From Brochothrix phage ADU4, in the sequence record OM135992.1: DNA of 24,000 nucleotides; one strand, given 5' to 3'. Shown in pieces: positions 20,761-24,000 of the stretch. Each line of letters starts with the position of its first letter. The stretch's first letter is position 1. The position numbers were made by a program, and so were the translations under genes. The notes under the pieces are model-generated. The model did no database searches and had not been told where the DNA came from. It saw only the letters and a list, made by a program, of their open reading frames with translations.

Positions 20761-20790
20761 TTGACAGCACCTAATCGAGTATGATACACT
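20761..20790 (+). promoter_or_regulatory. Promoter immediately after the terminator
   Basis: TTGACA (20761-20766), 18-nt spacer, TACACT (20785-20790). Confidence 0.7.
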
Positions 20791-20831
20791 AAGTTTAGAA
20801 AGTTAAAACACAATAGAAAAGGGGATAAACA

Positions 20832-21599
20832 ATGAATCCAAAAATTATTAACTTAGACGAAAAAGGGTTGACACGAAACTATAAAGAGGATGCACGATTC
20901 TTGCACGTATATGGTAAATATAACGAGTTAGTAAATCTGGTACGTGAACACAAAGAACAAATATCACAAGACATTATTGACGCAATGCCAGAGTACTCAG
21001 AGGACTTACAGAAGCGCTTACATGACATCCATGCCGAGGCATTAGTTCGTGCAGACCTTGTTAGATTTATCCTAGCAGAGGCAGAGTCGGGTAGACTTAA
21101 GATAGAAGAGGATGGCGTAACTATTAAAAAGGCATCTCTCCTTGCATCTATACGTAGATTTAAGAGGGACAATGTGGGTATCGATGAATACTTGAACCTG
21201 ACGACCATTGAGGGGGCGATACCGCTAAGCATCACGGATTACCGCAACAGACGTATCCGACTGTATCTTTCGCATATCATAAGTGGGGCTCCAAGTGACT
21301 TGGATTGTATCGAGATAGACGCCTTGTTCTCGAAGGTAAGAGAGATTGGTAGATACCAACGTGAACATTTCAACACGAATGACGAGTACACATGTAAACA
21401 TCGAGAGATGCACGACTTTATGTGGGAGCACAGCATCGTCTTTGACAATGACATATTTAACGACGTAGACGTAACCGAGGGGCAGTTAAACGCATCATAC
21501 GATACCTACACCTCTATAAGAAACTTAGTAGATGTGGCGAATGACATAGCCGACCATCGTCTAAAAACATTAGAGGAAGGAGGACACAGTGATGATTAA
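20832..21599 (+). CDS. Hypothetical protein (255 aa), paralog 1 of a tandem pair
   Basis: Shares LTxxYK..., IKK.S..A.IRRF.R, TT.EG.IP, HFNTNDE, .EHSIVFDNDIFN with the next ORF. Confidence 0.85.
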   Translation: MNPKIINLDEKGLTRNYKEDARFLHVYGKYNELVNLVREHKEQISQDIIDAMPEYSEDLQKRLHDIHAEALVRADLVRFILAEAESGRLKIEEDGVTIKKASLLASIRRFKRDNVGIDEYLNLTTIEGAIPLSITDYRNRRIRLYLSHIISGAPSDLDCIEIDALFSKVREIGRYQREHFNTNDEYTCKHREMHDFMWEHSIVFDNDIFNDVDVTEGQLNASYDTYTSIRNLVDVANDIADHRLKTLEEGGHSDD

Positions 21600-22356
21600 T
21601 TTAAAAGAAAGCGCATTAACAAAAGACTACAAAAAGAAGAGCGACTTCAAACATATCCACGGCACCTCTAGAGAGGTTATGCAACTATTGGCGAAGGACA
21701 AAGATGCCATTGTAGAGGTGCTAGGGCGCATGGTGCATGGTTACTCTCACACATTACGATGTGCACTTAAGGATATTAAGGATACATCTGATGCGCAAAT
21801 AAAACTTGTTAACTTTATCCATGAAGAGTTAAAAGAAGGAAAACTAAAGCTGTCAGATACAGGTAATATGATTAAGAAAACGTCCATTATGGCAGGTATC
21901 CGTAGGTTTGAGCGTGAGAATGACTACTCAGGTATATATTTAACTACAACAGAGGGGAACATCCCCGCAATAGTATCAAAGAAAGGTAATATAGTTCCGG
22001 GAGGTGTGCAACTCTGTCATGCGACTAACAATAAGGACGTTAGTAACTTGGTGCAGGCGATAGAGACCAGTGCATACTATAATATGTTATCTGCGATTGG
22101 CAGTGCCCAAATTAACTATTTTAACACTCACGACGAATGTGTGCTTATGCAGAAAGAGATGCGAGAGTACATGAGCGAACACCGCATAGTATTTGACGAA
22201 GACATCTTCAACAAAGAGGACATGACAGATGAACGCACACGCTATACTTACGAGGCTTTCAAGGAAATAAAGCTCTTACAAGATGAAGTTATTACTCTAG
22301 TAGACACACACAAAGACAATATACGTAAAAGAGGGGCGTGGGATTATGAAAAATAA
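21589..22356 (+). CDS. Hypothetical protein (255 aa), paralog 2 of a tandem pair
   Basis: See paralog 1: YFNTHDE, SEHRIVFDEDIFN, IKKTSIMAGIRRFER. Confidence 0.85.
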   Translation: MMINLKESALTKDYKKKSDFKHIHGTSREVMQLLAKDKDAIVEVLGRMVHGYSHTLRCALKDIKDTSDAQIKLVNFIHEELKEGKLKLSDTGNMIKKTSIMAGIRRFERENDYSGIYLTTTEGNIPAIVSKKGNIVPGGVQLCHATNNKDVSNLVQAIETSAYYNMLSAIGSAQINYFNTHDECVLMQKEMREYMSEHRIVFDEDIFNKEDMTDERTRYTYEAFKEIKLLQDEVITLVDTHKDNIRKRGAWDYEK

Positions 22357-22447
22357 AATACCGACGTACGTACGCTCAGGCACGTGGGATGTTATTGTAG
22401 AGGCGATATACTTATAGAGAGCACATAAACAGAAAGGAGCAATGTAG

Positions 22448-22933
22448 ATGTTGGATTTAAAATTAAAAGCATGGTGCTATGAGCTCGGAGAGTTTGTCTG
22501 TATTAAGTACTTAGAGTTTATAGACGAGGATATCAGCTATATGCACGCACAGGATAAGAACGGGGAGGATATTGAACCTCCATACGCTAGTGAGCGGTTA
22601 GGGATAGATTGGGAGCTCCTACATTACACAGGTAAGGCGGATGAAAACGATGACAGCATATATAATGGTTACCTTTTAGAGGTAACTGTACCTGAGGAGG
22701 CTATCCCTATTAGGAGCTATGACGGTTCTATTTCGGGGTACGACTTTATAGAGGGGTACTCACAGATAGGGGTTGTTAACTACGTTACAGGAGAGTACTA
22801 TTACGATACCGTACGGACAATCAGCGGGGCGCATCACGACATTAGTGTCCCACTCACGTCACTTACAAGGTGTAAAATTATGGGTAATATTTACGAGAAT
22901 CCTGAACTCTTAGGGGCAGAGGCTTATTGGTAG
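22448..22933 (+). CDS. Hypothetical protein (161 aa)
   Basis: ORF track; AAAGGAGC RBS. Confidence 0.8.
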   Translation: MLDLKLKAWCYELGEFVCIKYLEFIDEDISYMHAQDKNGEDIEPPYASERLGIDWELLHYTGKADENDDSIYNGYLLEVTVPEEAIPIRSYDGSISGYDFIEGYSQIGVVNYVTGEYYYDTVRTISGAHHDISVPLTSLTRCKIMGNIYENPELLGAEAYW

Positions 22934-22968
22934 AGGTAGGGATTTTAATATACTAAGGAGGAAACGAA

Positions 22969-23439
22969 ATGAGATATGCAGAATTTGAAGACTCGATGTT
23001 CGTAGATGGACATATTACGCCTATAGGGATGGAGGTTGTATACTTAGAACCAACCCCTACAAAAAAGAAAGTGAGCCCATTGGTAGCACGACAGATAGAG
23101 AGCTACCATCAACATCATGAAGTGAACGTCAGCGAATACAGCGCAGGTGTCGCAAGGTTGCTCGCAGAAGAAGACTTCGGTCCTAACAAGTTGGCACATA
23201 TAAATGGAGAGTATCTTGTCGTTCCTTTACCTGAGCGTACACTAAGTACCTACCTCGGAGCAGGATGGTTACAACGAGCAAACTTATCACAGCTCAAACT
23301 TGCTTTTTTAGAGTACGACATTGAGGCAACTTTCGGAGATACTCGTAGAGAGGATAGGGATAGTAAGCTGAAATACCCCGGAATATACTATCAGCAAGCA
23401 GTAGTGCTCAATATTAAACTACCAGAGGAGGTAAAATAA
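22969..23439 (+). CDS. Hypothetical protein (156 aa)
   Basis: ORF track; AAGGAGG RBS. Confidence 0.8.
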   Translation: MRYAEFEDSMFVDGHITPIGMEVVYLEPTPTKKKVSPLVARQIESYHQHHEVNVSEYSAGVARLLAEEDFGPNKLAHINGEYLVVPLPERTLSTYLGAGWLQRANLSQLKLAFLEYDIEATFGDTRREDRDSKLKYPGIYYQQAVVLNIKLPEEVK

Positions 23440-24000
23440 TGACAATTTATCATATTGTAGAAGCAAACCCAGCAGAATCACCTAAATACAACTTCATACA
23501 GTCAGGGACTGTCCCAGAGCTAGAGGCACGATTAAAAGAGGATGGTTTTACTTTTCACTACCTCAACACAACAGGAACCATATACGCTAAGAACGGTGTA
23601 CACCGAGGGTTAATCACGGACAAACAACTCGACCTCTATATCAAAAACAAGAGTGTTACTCGCTTCACCCAACTTACAGACGCTATAGGCGGTATGAGGG
23701 GCGACTGCGACTTACAGCTACCTTTCTTTTGGATACACTCAGACAACAAGAGTTACAACATGGATAGCAATGTCGCTAGGCTTTACGAGAGCTTTCAAAT
23801 ATTACGTAGAGCATACGGAATGTACCTAGACGAAGAGCCCATCGGATGGAAACTTAGTAAAGATAACCTAAGGGAAATCTATTCCGAGGCAATACAGTCT
23901 TACGAGGGCGAGCGTCTTTTAGAGCACATAGTATCACAGGTTTGGGTAGCTAATATTAAAGCGAAAGCTAACAAAGAGGCGCACGAAGCCAGTAAGGTAG
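23439..24000 (+). CDS. Hypothetical protein, incomplete at the window edge
   Basis: ATG overlapping the previous TAA; open to the window end: MTIYHIVEANPAESPKYNFIQSGTVPELEARLKEDGFTFHYLN... Confidence 0.8.
   Translation, partial: MTIYHIVEANPAESPKYNFIQSGTVPELEARLKEDGFTFHYLNTTGTIYAKNGVHRGLITDKQLDLYIKNKSVTRFTQLTDAIGGMRGDCDLQLPFFWIHSDNKSYNMDSNVARLYESFQILRRAYGMYLDEEPIGWKLSKDNLREIYSEAIQSYEGERLLEHIVSQVWVANIKAKANKEAHEASKV

Noticed and set aside
22346-22417. 23-aa ORF MKNKIPTYVRSGTWDVIVEAIYL after paralog 2
   Set aside because: Too short, no recognisable family and no compelling RBS; cannot be supported beyond chance.

Overview
The window looks like one arm of a large SPO1/Twort-type (Herelleviridae-like) myophage genome infecting a low-GC Gram-positive host. 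This assignment is inference from motifs only; no database search was possible. Left part: a hexanucleotide repeat, small membrane proteins, a probable small terminase subunit, and a large terminase (TerL) gene broken into at least six exons by at least five short group I introns that carry no homing-endonuclease ORF. When the exons are joined, the segment expected just after 'VDIDYLSL' (the DEYDR-like Walker B region) is missing and the frame breaks. This suggests intron-intron recombination, an assembly collapse, or something stranger. Middle: a ~2.3 kb non-coding unit (about 7166-9523) with its own sigma70-like promoter and terminator. It contains a ~600-nt structured RNA closed by a 28-bp long-range helix (resembling ROOL/GOLLD-type ornate large RNAs), a second structured region with a duplicated module, canonical tRNAs, two oversized tRNA-like elements and a tRNA-Lys with atypical D- and T-loops. 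Two tRNA-Arg genes follow. Then comes a leftward module (endolysin, two small XkdX/XkdW-like proteins, an 858-aa fibre/baseplate protein with pyocin-knob-like repeats). The right part is a dense rightward array of small, mostly unknown genes with an AAA+ ATPase, an SprT-like metalloprotein, a short Panacea/SocA-like protein and a tandem paralog pair. The most interesting items are the multi-intron TerL with its missing catalytic exon, and the large structured RNA locus.
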